Shown piece by piece: positions 45,766 through 55,291 of a stretch of 64,000 bases of DNA. The notes beneath the pieces were generated by a model. That model saw only the letters and a list, made by a program, of their open reading frames with translations, was not told where the DNA came from and did not search any database. A program made the position numbers and the translations under genes. Each line of letters starts with the position of its first letter. Positions within the stretch are counted from its first letter, which is position 1. Origin of the DNA: Chloroflexota bacterium (GTDB lineage Bacteria; Chloroflexota; Limnocylindria; Limnocylindrales; CSP1-4); contig JBDTQW010000001.1 of the NCBI GenBank assembly GCA_039931975.1, forward strand, positions 2,921 to 66,920, given 5' to 3'.

Positions 45766-48165
45766 ATGGCCACCGACGTCCTGGGCGCCTCGATTAAGCG
45801 TGTCGAGGACCCGCGTTTCATCACTGGCAAGGGCCGCTATCTCGACGACATCAAGCTGCCCGGGATGACCTACATGGCCATTTTGCGCAGCCCGTACGCC
45901 CACGCCAACATCCGCTCCGTCGACACCGCTGCAGCGGCCGCGATGCCCGGCGTGGTGACGGTCCTGACCGGCGCCGACGTCCCCTACAACCCGCTGCCGA
46001 TGGCCTGGCCGGCCGGTGGCTCGTCGGGGGTCCAGAACAACATCAACATGCCCCGGGCGCTGGCGACCGACAGCGTCAAGTGGACCGGCGAGGGCGTCGC
46101 CGCGGTCATCGCCGAGACGCCCGAGCAGGCGGCCGACGCGCTCGATGCGATCGTCGTCGACTGGGAGCCGCTGCCGACCGTGGTCGACGCCGAGAAAGCG
46201 GTCCAGGACGGCGCGCCGCAGCTCCACGAGAACGCTCCGAACAACGTCGTGTTCGAGTGGACGGTCGGCGACAAGGCCGGCACGGACGCGGCCATCGAGG
46301 CTGCGGAGGTCGTGGTCCGCCAGCGGATCGTCAACCAGCGGCTCATCCCCAACCCAATGGAGGTGCGCGGCGACATCGGCCTGTACAACCCCGGCACCGA
46401 GGAGTACACGGTCTGGATGTCGAGCCAGACGCCGCACATCCAACGGCTCCTGCTCACCGCCTTCGTGACCGGCATCCCCGAGCACAAGGTCCGCTGCATC
46501 GCTCCCGACGTCGGCGGCGCGTTCGGGACCAAGATCTTCTGCTACGCGGACATGGCCCTGGTCATGCTCGCCTCGAAGCTCATCGGTGGACGCCCGGTGA
46601 AGTGGGTCGAGACCCGGCGGGAGAACTACCAGAGCACGACCCACGGTCGCGACCACATCACCTACCTGGAGATCGCGGGCAATCGCCAGGGGGAGATCAG
46701 CGGGCTTCGGGTCAAGACCTATGCCAACCTCGGCGGCCGGCTCTCGACGATCGGCCCGGGCATCCCGACGACCCTCTACGCCCGCGTCCTGGCGGGCTGT
46801 TACAAGATCCCCAACGTCCATTGCGAGGTCACTGGCGTCTACACCAACACGACCTTCGTCGACGCCTATCGCGGCGCCGGACGGCCCGAGGCGACCTACG
46901 TGATCGAGCGCGCGATGGACCTGTTCGCCGACGAGATCGGAATGGATCCTGCGGCGATCCGGCGCAAGAACTTCATCGCCCCCGACCAGTTCCCGTATGA
47001 CAACCCGTCGGGCCTCGGCACCGCGGTCAACGGCGAGAAGATCTACATCGATTCGGGCAACTATGAGCCGGCCCTGGACAAGGCCCTGACCGCCGTCGGC
47101 TACTACACGCTCGACAAGGACAAGGCCGAGGCGCGCAAGCGCGGCAAGTACCTTGGCGTCGGCCTGTCGACCTACATCGAGGTCTGCGGCGTTGCGCCGT
47201 CGAAGTGGATCGGCGCGGTCGGCGAGGGCTGGGGCGCCGCGATGTGGGAGTCGGCCAATCTCAAGGTCCACCTGACCGGCAAGATCATCCTGACGATGGG
47301 TACCCAGCCCCAGGGCCAGGGTCACGAGACGACTTACTCACAGATCATCGCCTCGGAGCTGGGCCTGCCGATGGAGGACATCATCGTCCAGCACTCGGAT
47401 ACCCAGGGGACGCCGTTCGGCTATGGCTCGTACGGCAGCCGGACGGGGTCGGTCGGGGGGACCGCGGCGGTCCTGGTCGCCGGCAAGATCCGCGAGAAGG
47501 CCCGCCGTTATGCCGCGCACATGCTCGAGGCCTCGGTCGACGACATCGAGGTCGAGGGCAACGAGTACCGGGTCAAGGGCTCGCCCGAGCAGAAGAAGAC
47601 GCTCCAGGAGATCGCCTTCGCGCTCGATCTCGGGTTCAGCCTGCCCGACGGCATGGAGCCATATCTCGACGAGACCGTGTACCACGACACGCCGAACTGC
47701 ACCTGGCCGTTCGGGACCCACGTGGCCATCGTCGAGATCGACGAGGAGACCGGCGTCGTCGACCTCAAGCGATACGTCGCGGTCGACGACGTCGGCAAGA
47801 AGATCAACCCGATGATCGTCGACGGCCAGCTCCACGGCGGGATCGTCCAGGGCGTCGGGCAGGCACTCTGGGAGGAGGCCGTCTACAACGACGACGGCCA
47901 GCTCCTGTCGGGCACCATGCTCGACTATGCGCTGCCCAGGGCGTCCTGGCTGCCGGCGCTCGAGCTGGACGAGACGGTCACCCCGTCGCCGGTCAACCCG
48001 CTGGGGGTCAAGGGCGTCGGCGAGGCCGGCGCGATCGCCAGCACGGCGGCCGTGGCCAACGCCGTCATCGACGCGCTCAGTCCGCTCGGCGTGCGTCATC
48101 TCGACATGCCCCTGACGGCACCCAAGATCTGGGGCGCCATCCACGGGAAGGAGGCCCGCGCGTGA
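45766..48165 (+). CDS. coxL: Molybdopterin-binding large subunit of an aerobic-type Mo hydroxylase, form II CoxL-like with an AYRGAGR active-site loop
   Basis: The protein is 799 aa. The N-terminus is [23 protein letters not shown]. The active-site loop [14 protein letters not shown] is the form-II signature rather than form-I VAYRCSFR. Confidence 0.9.
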   Translation: MATDVLGASIKRVEDPRFITGKGRYLDDIKLPGMTYMAILRSPYAHANIRSVDTAAAAAMPGVVTVLTGADVPYNPLPMAWPAGGSSGVQNNINMPRALATDSVKWTGEGVAAVIAETPEQAADALDAIVVDWEPLPTVVDAEKAVQDGAPQLHENAPNNVVFEWTVGDKAGTDAAIEAAEVVVRQRIVNQRLIPNPMEVRGDIGLYNPGTEEYTVWMSSQTPHIQRLLLTAFVTGIPEHKVRCIAPDVGGAFGTKIFCYADMALVMLASKLIGGRPVKWVETRRENYQSTTHGRDHITYLEIAGNRQGEISGLRVKTYANLGGRLSTIGPGIPTTLYARVLAGCYKIPNVHCEVTGVYTNTTFVDAYRGAGRPEATYVIERAMDLFADEIGMDPAAIRRKNFIAPDQFPYDNPSGLGTAVNGEKIYIDSGNYEPALDKALTAVGYYTLDKDKAEARKRGKYLGVGLSTYIEVCGVAPSKWIGAVGEGWGAAMWESANLKVHLTGKIILTMGTQPQGQGHETTYSQIIASELGLPMEDIIVQHSDTQGTPFGYGSYGSRTGSVGGTAAVLVAGKIREKARRYAAHMLEASVDDIEVEGNEYRVKGSPEQKKTLQEIAFALDLGFSLPDGMEPYLDETVYHDTPNCTWPFGTHVAIVEIDEETGVVDLKRYVAVDDVGKKINPMIVDGQLHGGIVQGVGQALWEEAVYNDDGQLLSGTMLDYALPRASWLPALELDETVTPSPVNPLGVKGVGEAGAIASTAAVANAVIDALSPLGVRHLDMPLTAPKIWGAIHGKEARA

Positions 48166-49028
48166 TCCCGGCAGCCTTCAATTACACCCGTCCCGCTGAT
48201 CTGGCCGCCGTCCTCGAGCAGCTCGCGAACGGCGGGGACGGGGTCAAGGTCCTGGCCGGAGGCCAGAGCCTCATCCCGCTCCTCCGGCTGCGCCTGGCCA
48301 GCGCCGCCACGCTCGTCGACATCGGCGGGCTGCCCGAGCTGCGCAGGATCCGCGAGCTGCCCGACGGCGACCTGGGGATCGGCGCGACCGTCACCTACCG
48401 GGAGGTCCTCGACTCGGAGGTGGCGACCGCACGGGTCCCGCTGCTGGCCCTGGCCATCCAGGGCATCGGCGACGTCCAGGTACGCAACCGGGGCACCCTC
48501 GTCGGCTCGATCGCCCACGCCGATCCCGCCTCGGACATGCCCGCCATCGTGCTCGCCCTCGACGCCACCCTGACGATCCGCTCGAGGCGTGGTGAGCGGG
48601 AGGTGGCCGCCGCCGACTTCTTCGAGGGCCCGTTCGTCACGGGACTGGAAGATGACGAGCTGGTGACCGAGCTCCGGATCCCGGCTCCACCGGCCGGAGC
48701 GGGGATGGCCTATCGCCGGCTCGAGCAGCGCGCCTCGGGCTATTCGATCGCCGGCGTGGCAGCCGTCGTCGGCCGCTCGGGCGGCTCGGTGACGACCGCC
48801 CGGGTGGGCATCACCGGCGTCGGCGATGCCGCCTACCGGGCGGCGGCTGTCGAGACTGCGCTCCTCGGCACGAGCGGCGACGCGGCGGCGATCGCCGCGG
48901 CCGCGGCGCACGCGACCGATGGGGTCACCGTCGCCTCGGATATCCACGCCGGGGTGGAATATCGGGCCGAGATGGCGCGGGTCCACACTCGACGGGCGAT
49001 CGAGGCGGCGCTGGCCGCCAGCGACTGA
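48162..49028 (+). CDS. coxM: FAD-binding medium subunit, CoxM-like
   Basis: The FAD-binding PCMH domain contains AGGQSLIPLL. It belongs to the CO dehydrogenase flavoprotein family. The GTG start overlaps the coxL stop. Confidence 0.85.
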   Translation: MIPAAFNYTRPADLAAVLEQLANGGDGVKVLAGGQSLIPLLRLRLASAATLVDIGGLPELRRIRELPDGDLGIGATVTYREVLDSEVATARVPLLALAIQGIGDVQVRNRGTLVGSIAHADPASDMPAIVLALDATLTIRSRRGEREVAAADFFEGPFVTGLEDDELVTELRIPAPPAGAGMAYRRLEQRASGYSIAGVAAVVGRSGGSVTTARVGITGVGDAAYRAAAVETALLGTSGDAAAIAAAAAHATDGVTVASDIHAGVEYRAEMARVHTRRAIEAALAASD

Positions 49029-49037
49029 CCCCGGCGG

Positions 49038-50117
49038 GTGCGGCTCGAGCGGATCGTCCCGGGTCGCCCCCCGCCGCCAGGGTTGGCAGGGGCGGTACTG
49101 ACCCGTGACCTGGTCGTCGACGGTCGGCGCTGGGCCAAGGGTCGCGTCCTGGGCGTCGACGACCTGGCGGCCATCGGGTCGCCGACGGTTCGGGTCGAGG
49201 GCGGGCCGCGCAGCCTGGCCGCCGGCATCGCCGTCATCGTCCTCGAACCGACCGACCTCCACGAGGACGAGGCCGCCCGCCGGCTGGCAGCCGCCGTCGG
49301 CGGCCCGGGTGTCGTGGTCCGCGGACCGGCCGAGAGCCGCATCGACCTGTTGGCCGCGCACGACGGGGTGGTCCACGTCGGGGCGGCCCAGGTGGAGCGC
49401 CTCGACCGGATCGATCCGGTCGAGGTCTTCACCGTGTTCGACGGGCAGGTCGTCCGGGCCGGCGAGCTCGTGGCCAGCGTCAAGGTGGCGCCACACGTCG
49501 TGCCTGCGGCGACGATCGAGCGGGCCGAGCGGATCGCCGCCCGGTCCGGGTCGGGCGGACTCGTCAGCGTCGCCGGTTTCGTGCCCCGCCGGGTCGCGGT
49601 GGTGGTCAAGGAGTCGCTCCATGCCCCGGCTCGCGAGCGGTTCGAGGCGAGCGTCCGGCTCAAGGTCGAGTCGCTGGGCTCGTCCCTCGGCACGGTGGCC
49701 TACGTGGACGACGACGCCGAGGCCGTGACCGAGGCGCTCGCTGCCGTCGCTCGCGGCCGGGGCCGCGCCCGGGCCGACCTGGTGCTGACCGCCGGCTCGG
49801 CCAGCACGGATCCCTCCGACCCGTTCTTCGTGGCTATCGAACAGCTCGGTGGACGGATCGTCCGGCACGGGGTGCCGGCCCACCCAGGGTCGATGCTCTG
49901 GTTGGCTCGGATCGGGCAGACCGATCTTCTCGGGCTGCCGACCTGCGGGGCGTACTCCAAGGCGACCGCGGCCGACCTGCTCCTGCCGCGGCTCCTGTCG
50001 GGTGAACGAGCCAGCGCCGCCACCGTGGCCCGCCTCGGGGTGGGCGGCATCCTCACCCGGTCGATGCGGTTCCGGTTCCCGGCCTACGCCCGCGAGCTGG
50101 ACGCGCCGGACGGCTGA
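49038..50117 (+). CDS. Molybdopterin-binding (MoCF-biosynthesis-like) domain protein in the cox accessory cluster
   Basis: A MoeA/MogA-like region is present (DLVLTAGSASTDPSDP, a GGTG-like motif). Its position mirrors accessory genes in cox clusters. Confidence 0.55.
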   Translation: MRLERIVPGRPPPPGLAGAVLTRDLVVDGRRWAKGRVLGVDDLAAIGSPTVRVEGGPRSLAAGIAVIVLEPTDLHEDEAARRLAAAVGGPGVVVRGPAESRIDLLAAHDGVVHVGAAQVERLDRIDPVEVFTVFDGQVVRAGELVASVKVAPHVVPAATIERAERIAARSGSGGLVSVAGFVPRRVAVVVKESLHAPARERFEASVRLKVESLGSSLGTVAYVDDDAEAVTEALAAVARGRGRARADLVLTAGSASTDPSDPFFVAIEQLGGRIVRHGVPAHPGSMLWLARIGQTDLLGLPTCGAYSKATAADLLLPRLLSGERASAATVARLGVGGILTRSMRFRFPAYARELDAPDG

Positions 50118-50157
50118 GCGGCGCCCATCCGAGCGGGTCGCGTGTAGACTCGGCGCC

Positions 50158-51090
50158 ATGCCACCCGCCCAGCCGATCCCGGTCCCCGGTCGCCCCGCCG
50201 GGACGACCACCGTCGATGGCATCGTCGCCGCGTTCAAGGAAGCCGACTACATCTGCGATCGGTCGCTGGCCACTGCGGTCTTCCTGGCCCTCGAGCTCGG
50301 CCGGCCGCTCCTCCTCGAGGGCGAGGCCGGGGTCGGCAAGACGGAGCTGGCCAAGACCCTCGCGACCACGCTCGGGACGCGGCTGATCCGCCTGCAGTGC
50401 TACGAGGGGCTCGACGTCAACTCGGCCGTGTACGAGTGGAACTATCCCCGGCAGATGCTCGAGATCCGCATGCTCGAGGCGGCGGGGCGGGTGGACCGGG
50501 CCACTGCCCACGACATCTTCGGGCCGGAGTTCCTGATCAAGCGTCCGCTGCTCCAGGCGCTCGAGTCGCCCGACGGCCGGGCCCCGGTCCTGCTCATCGA
50601 TGAGATCGACCGGGCCGACGAGGAGTTCGAGGCGTACCTCCTCGAGATCCTGTCGGACTTCCAGGTCACCGTGCCGGAGATCGGCACGGTCCGGGCGGAG
50701 CTGACCCCACGCGTCGTCCTCACCTCGAACCGGACGCGCGAGGTGCACGACGCCCTGAAGCGGCGCTGCCTGTACCACTGGATCGACTACCCGAGCTTCC
50801 AGCGTGAGCTCGAGATCGTCCTGACCCGGGTTCCAGAGGCGCCCGAGCTGCTGGCCGGCCAGATCGTCGGCTTCGTGCATCGCCTGCGCGAGGCCGATCT
50901 GACCAAGGTCCCCGGCGTGGCCGAGACCATCGACTGGGCGTCGGCCCTGCTTGCCCTCGGTGCTACCGAGCTCCGGCCCGAGCTCGTCGACGAGACGCTG
51001 GGCGTGGTCCTCAAGTACGAGGAGGACGTCCGCCACGTCCGTGGCGAGGCCGGGCGGCGGATGCTCGACGAGGCCGTCGCCGGCGGCTGA
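50158..51090 (+). CDS. coxD: MoxR-like AAA+ ATPase, CoxD-like
   Basis: Walker A is LLLEGEAGVGKTELAK and Walker B is VLLIDEIDRA. The protein has MoxR-family length. The ATG at 50158 is in frame with the track ORF. Confidence 0.85.
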   Translation: MPPAQPIPVPGRPAGTTTVDGIVAAFKEADYICDRSLATAVFLALELGRPLLLEGEAGVGKTELAKTLATTLGTRLIRLQCYEGLDVNSAVYEWNYPRQMLEIRMLEAAGRVDRATAHDIFGPEFLIKRPLLQALESPDGRAPVLLIDEIDRADEEFEAYLLEILSDFQVTVPEIGTVRAELTPRVVLTSNRTREVHDALKRRCLYHWIDYPSFQRELEIVLTRVPEAPELLAGQIVGFVHRLREADLTKVPGVAETIDWASALLALGATELRPELVDETLGVVLKYEEDVRHVRGEAGRRMLDEAVAGG

Positions 51091-51106
51091 GCCGGGACCG
51101 CCTGCC

Positions 51107-52576
51107 ATGGCCGCCAAGCGGGACTCGCGCCGTATCCTGCCGCCACCGCCGGGCGGGCGGACCACCCTGGTCGTCGACGGCGAGCGCTTCACCGGGAGCG
51201 CCGTCCGCTTCGCGAGGGCCCTGAGGCAGGCCGGCCTGGCGACCGATCTCGGTGCGGCCATCGACTTCGCCCGCGCCCTGTCCATGGTCGACATCGGCGA
51301 TCGCGAGCAGGTGCGCGCAGCCGGTGCGACGCTGTTCGTCCGTCGCCGCGATGATCTCGAGATCTATGAGGCGGTCTTCGACCGGTTCTGGCGAGAGCGG
51401 GGCCGGCGTCTCGGCAACGAGGGACCGACGACGATCGCGGACCCCGAGGCCGTCCAGGCCGAGGAGGACGAGGCAGGCGGCGTGGCGGCTGAGGAAGGCT
51501 CGGAAGGTAGCTCGCGCGAGGACGAGCGCGATGGCCAACCCGTCCCGGGCGACGAGGACAGTGACGACCCCGACGCCGAGCAGGCGATCGACGGCGTCCT
51601 TATCAGCGAGCAGGCGTACAGCGTCGGAGAGGTCGACCGGCACCGCCAGTTCGACCGGATGACCGCGGCCGAGCTGCGCGATGCGGAACGCCTGATCGAC
51701 CTGTTGATCCCGAACCTCGAGCGGCGGCGGACCCGCCGCAGCGAGCTCCACCGGCACGGCCGGATCGTCGCTCCCCGGGCGATGTTCCGGCGCAGCCTGG
51801 CCACCGGCGGTGACGTCCTCGACTGGGTCTGGCGGCGACCGGTCCGCCGGCCGCGGGCGTTGGTCGTCATCTGCGATATCTCGGGCTCGATGGAACGCCA
51901 CGCCCGGGTCCTGCTGCGGTTCAGCCAGGCGCTGGCCTCGTCGACCGTCCGGACGGAAGCGTTCGTCTTCGGCACCAGGCTGACGCGAGTGACCCGGATC
52001 CTCCGCGACCGCGACCGCGATCGGGCCCTCGACCGGGTGGCCGACACCGTGACCGACTGGTCGGGCGGGACCCGGATCGGGGCGTCGTTCCGCGAATTCA
52101 ACCAGGTCTGGGCCCGTCGGGTCCTGCGCAGCAGCTCGGTCGTGGTGGTCGTGTCGGACGGCTGGGACCGGGGCGACCCGGCGCTGGTCGCGAGCGAGAC
52201 CGCCCGGCTCCAGCGGAGCTGTCATCGGCTCATCTGGCTCAACCCGCTCGCGTCCACCCCCGGTTACCAGCCGCTTGCCGGAGGGATGTCCGCGGCGATG
52301 CCCTTCGTCGACGATTTCGTGCCGGCCGGAACCCTGGCCAGCCTCGAGCGGCTGGGCGTCCTTCTCTCGGACGCTCCGACCCGCCGCGAGGCGGAGCGAC
52401 GGGCGCGCGGGTTCGGCGGTGAAGGGGCCCGTTCGGCCGGCCGGGCGCCCCTGGTCGAGAGCGTCCGGCCGCAGATCCACGACGTCGCCCCCGAGGTCGC
52501 CGCTGTCCGGACGGCGGGGGACGGGCCGAGCGGCACCGTGGCCCGGCCGCTCGATGGGCGCGGTCCCATTGGATGA
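51107..52576 (+). CDS. coxE: VWA-domain protein, CoxE-like
   Basis: The VWA MIDAS motif is DISGSM, and a conserved ~180-aa VWA core is present. It immediately follows the MoxR ATPase, as in cox accessory operons. Confidence 0.8.
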   Translation: MAAKRDSRRILPPPPGGRTTLVVDGERFTGSAVRFARALRQAGLATDLGAAIDFARALSMVDIGDREQVRAAGATLFVRRRDDLEIYEAVFDRFWRERGRRLGNEGPTTIADPEAVQAEEDEAGGVAAEEGSEGSSREDERDGQPVPGDEDSDDPDAEQAIDGVLISEQAYSVGEVDRHRQFDRMTAAELRDAERLIDLLIPNLERRRTRRSELHRHGRIVAPRAMFRRSLATGGDVLDWVWRRPVRRPRALVVICDISGSMERHARVLLRFSQALASSTVRTEAFVFGTRLTRVTRILRDRDRDRALDRVADTVTDWSGGTRIGASFREFNQVWARRVLRSSSVVVVVSDGWDRGDPALVASETARLQRSCHRLIWLNPLASTPGYQPLAGGMSAAMPFVDDFVPAGTLASLERLGVLLSDAPTRREAERRARGFGGEGARSAGRAPLVESVRPQIHDVAPEVAAVRTAGDGPSGTVARPLDGRGPIG

Positions 52577-52669
52577 CCTGCCGGATGACCTCGCCGTCGA
52601 CCCGGAGATGACCCGCCGGACGACCGCGCAGCGCGAACGGCGGTAGGCTTCCGGCATGGGAGTCCTGCG

Positions 52670-53767
52670 ATGAGGGAGCTGTTCGAGACCCTGGCGGCGT
52701 GGCGCTCAGACGGGCTCGACGTCGGGCGGGCCGTTGTCGTCCGGACGTTCGGCTCGGCGCCTCGTCCCGAGGGTGCCGTCCTGCTGGCGGCGGCCGACGG
52801 CCGGATCGCGGGCTCGGTCAGCGGCGGCTGCGTCGAGGGCGCGGCCTACGAGGAGATCGAACGCGCCCGCCGCGACGGCGTGAGCCGGGTCATCCGCTAC
52901 GGCATCAGCGACGAGCAGGCGTGGGACGTTGGCCTGGCCTGCGGCGGGACGATCGACGTGCTGGTGGAGGCCGCGGTTCGGCCGGAGGTGTCGGCCGCCG
53001 GCGTTGATGTCGAGCGGGGCCGGGCAGTGGTCACGCCCCTGCCGGCCGATTCGCCGGGTCCGGATTTCGGGCCCCACGAACCTGGCGCGGGGGAGCCGGC
53101 CGGGCCGGTCCTCGTCGTCGGCGACGATGGCTCGCTCTCGGGGTCGCTCGGCGATCCGGCCCTCGACGCCGAGCTCGTCCGGGCGGGGCTGGCGGCGCTG
53201 GCCAGCGGGACGTCGCGCACCGTCGAGCTCGCCGGCCGCTCGCTGTTCATCGAGGCCTACCCGGTCCGTCCGCGGCTCATCGTGGTCGGTGCCGTCCAGG
53301 TCGCCATCCCCCTCGTCGCGATGGCCCACGAGCTCGGGTTCGAGACGGTGGTCGTCGACGGGCGTCCGGCGTTCGCCACGACCGAGCGCTTCCCGTCGGT
53401 CGACCGGCTCGTGGTGGGCTGGCCGGACGAGGTGGCCGACGAGATCGGCCTGGGCCCGGCGGACGCGGTCGCGGTGCTCAGCCACGACGTGAAGTTCGAC
53501 GAGCCGGCGATCGTCGAGGCGCTGCGGCGGGGCTGTCGCTATGTCGGCGCCGTCGGCTCGCGCAAGACCCAGGCGGATCGCCGCGAGCGCTTGTTGGCCG
53601 CTGGCGTGACCGTCGAGGAGCTGGCTCGGCTGCACGGCCCGATCGGCCTGGACCTGGGCGGCCGGGCCCCCGCCGAGACCGCCCTGGCGATCCTGGCCGA
53701 GATCGTGGCCGATCGACACGGCGGATCGGGCCGGTCCATGCTGGAGCTGACCGCCGCCCGAGCGTGA
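52670..53767 (+). CDS. XdhC/CoxI-family molybdenum hydroxylase maturation factor, CoxF-like
   Basis: An XdhC N-terminal domain is followed by a Rossmann-like C-terminal domain (LIVVGAVQVAIPLVAMAHELGFETVVVDGR). Confidence 0.85.
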   Translation: MRELFETLAAWRSDGLDVGRAVVVRTFGSAPRPEGAVLLAAADGRIAGSVSGGCVEGAAYEEIERARRDGVSRVIRYGISDEQAWDVGLACGGTIDVLVEAAVRPEVSAAGVDVERGRAVVTPLPADSPGPDFGPHEPGAGEPAGPVLVVGDDGSLSGSLGDPALDAELVRAGLAALASGTSRTVELAGRSLFIEAYPVRPRLIVVGAVQVAIPLVAMAHELGFETVVVDGRPAFATTERFPSVDRLVVGWPDEVADEIGLGPADAVAVLSHDVKFDEPAIVEALRRGCRYVGAVGSRKTQADRRERLLAAGVTVEELARLHGPIGLDLGGRAPAETALAILAEIVADRHGGSGRSMLELTAARA

Positions 53768-53795
53768 TCGGGCCCCTTCGGAGGAGAGAGCGATC

Positions 53796-55256
53796 GTGGA
53801 ACAGCGCGTCCCGGCGACCGTCGCGCCGCCTGCCGAGATCGAGGGCGGGACGCCGGACCTGCTCCGTCACACGGCCGATGTGGCCATCGCCTACCGTTCG
53901 TCCCTGGCCGAGCGTCGGGTGGGGTCCGCGCCCGGGCTGACCGCTGAGTCGCTTCGAGCCAGCCTCGGCGGCCCGCTGCGCGACCTCGGCGAGGATCCGC
54001 GGACCGTCATCGATGACCTGGTGGCCGGGGTCGAGCCGGGCCTCGTCGCGATGGGCTCACCGCGCTACTTCGGGTTCGTCATCGGCGGCTCGGTTCCGGC
54101 CGCCCTGGCCTCCGACTGGCTGACCTCGACCTGGGAGCAGAACACCGGACTGTACCTGGCGACGCCGGCGGCGTCAGTCGTCGAGGAGATCGTGGGTGGC
54201 TGGCTGCTGGACCTGTTCGGGCTGCCGCCCGGCAGCTCGGTCGGGTTCACCTCGGGCGCCACGATGGCCCACTTCACGGCACTGGCCGCGGCGCGTCACG
54301 CCGTCCTGCGCCAGGTCGCCTGGGACGTCGAGGAGGATGGCCTGATCGGCGCGCCGGCGATCCACGTGATCGTCGGCAAGGACGTGCACGTGTCCCTCGT
54401 GAAGGCCCTCCGGATGGTCGGCCTTGGTCGACGCCGGGCGATCCGCGTGGCGAGCGATGACGAGGGCCGGATGCGGCCGGCCGAGCTGCGACAGGTGCTG
54501 GCCCAACTGCCCGCTGGCCCGACGGTCGTGTGCGCCCAGGCCGGCGAGGTGAACACCGGCGCGTTCGATCCGCTCGATGAGATCGCCGACGTGCTGCGTG
54601 ACCGGCCGGGCGCCTGGCTCCACGTCGACGGCGCCTTCGGCCTGTGGGCCGCCGCGGTCCCGGCGATGCGGTCGCGGGTGGCCGGCAACGACCGAGCGGA
54701 CTCGTGGACCACCGATGCCCACAAGTGGCTCAATGTCCCGTACGACTCTGGCCTCGTCTTCGTTCGCGACGTCGCCGCGCATCGGGCAGCGATGGGTGCG
54801 GCAGCCGCCTACCTGCCTCCGGCCACGGGTGCCGAGCGCGATCCCTTCGATTACGTGCCCGAGCTGAGCCGGAGGGCGCGCGGCTTCGCGGTCTCTGCCG
54901 CGCCGCGCTCGCTCGGTCGGGCCGGCGTCGCCGAGCTGGTCGAGCGGACCTGTGCGGTGGCTCGGCGGATGGCCGAGCGGCTGGCGTCGGTTTCCGGCAG
55001 CGAGCTCCTCAACGAGGTGGTCCTCAACCAGGTCCTCGTCCGCTTCGACGACGACGATGAGCTGACTAGGGACGTGGCCGCCCGGGTCCAGGCCGAAGGC
55101 ACGGCCTGGCTGGGTGGGACCACCTTCCACGGCCGCCAGGCGATCCGGATCTCCGTCTCCAACTGGGCCACGACCGAGGCCGACGGCGACCGCTCGGTCG
55201 ACGCCATCGTGCGCAGTCTCGGGGAAGCCCGGGTCGCGCACGGTCGCCCGGGCTGA
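53796..55256 (+). CDS. PLP-dependent group II decarboxylase, of the amino-acid decarboxylase or DABA decarboxylase family
   Basis: The PLP-lysine region is TDAHKWLNVPYDSGLVFVRD. The protein is 486 aa with an aminotransferase class V/decarboxylase fold. Confidence 0.8.
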   Translation: MEQRVPATVAPPAEIEGGTPDLLRHTADVAIAYRSSLAERRVGSAPGLTAESLRASLGGPLRDLGEDPRTVIDDLVAGVEPGLVAMGSPRYFGFVIGGSVPAALASDWLTSTWEQNTGLYLATPAASVVEEIVGGWLLDLFGLPPGSSVGFTSGATMAHFTALAAARHAVLRQVAWDVEEDGLIGAPAIHVIVGKDVHVSLVKALRMVGLGRRRAIRVASDDEGRMRPAELRQVLAQLPAGPTVVCAQAGEVNTGAFDPLDEIADVLRDRPGAWLHVDGAFGLWAAAVPAMRSRVAGNDRADSWTTDAHKWLNVPYDSGLVFVRDVAAHRAAMGAAAAYLPPATGAERDPFDYVPELSRRARGFAVSAAPRSLGRAGVAELVERTCAVARRMAERLASVSGSELLNEVVLNQVLVRFDDDDELTRDVAARVQAEGTAWLGGTTFHGRQAIRISVSNWATTEADGDRSVDAIVRSLGEARVAHGRPG

Positions 55257-55291
55257 GCACCCGACCCGTCATCGACGCCGAGACGGACTCG

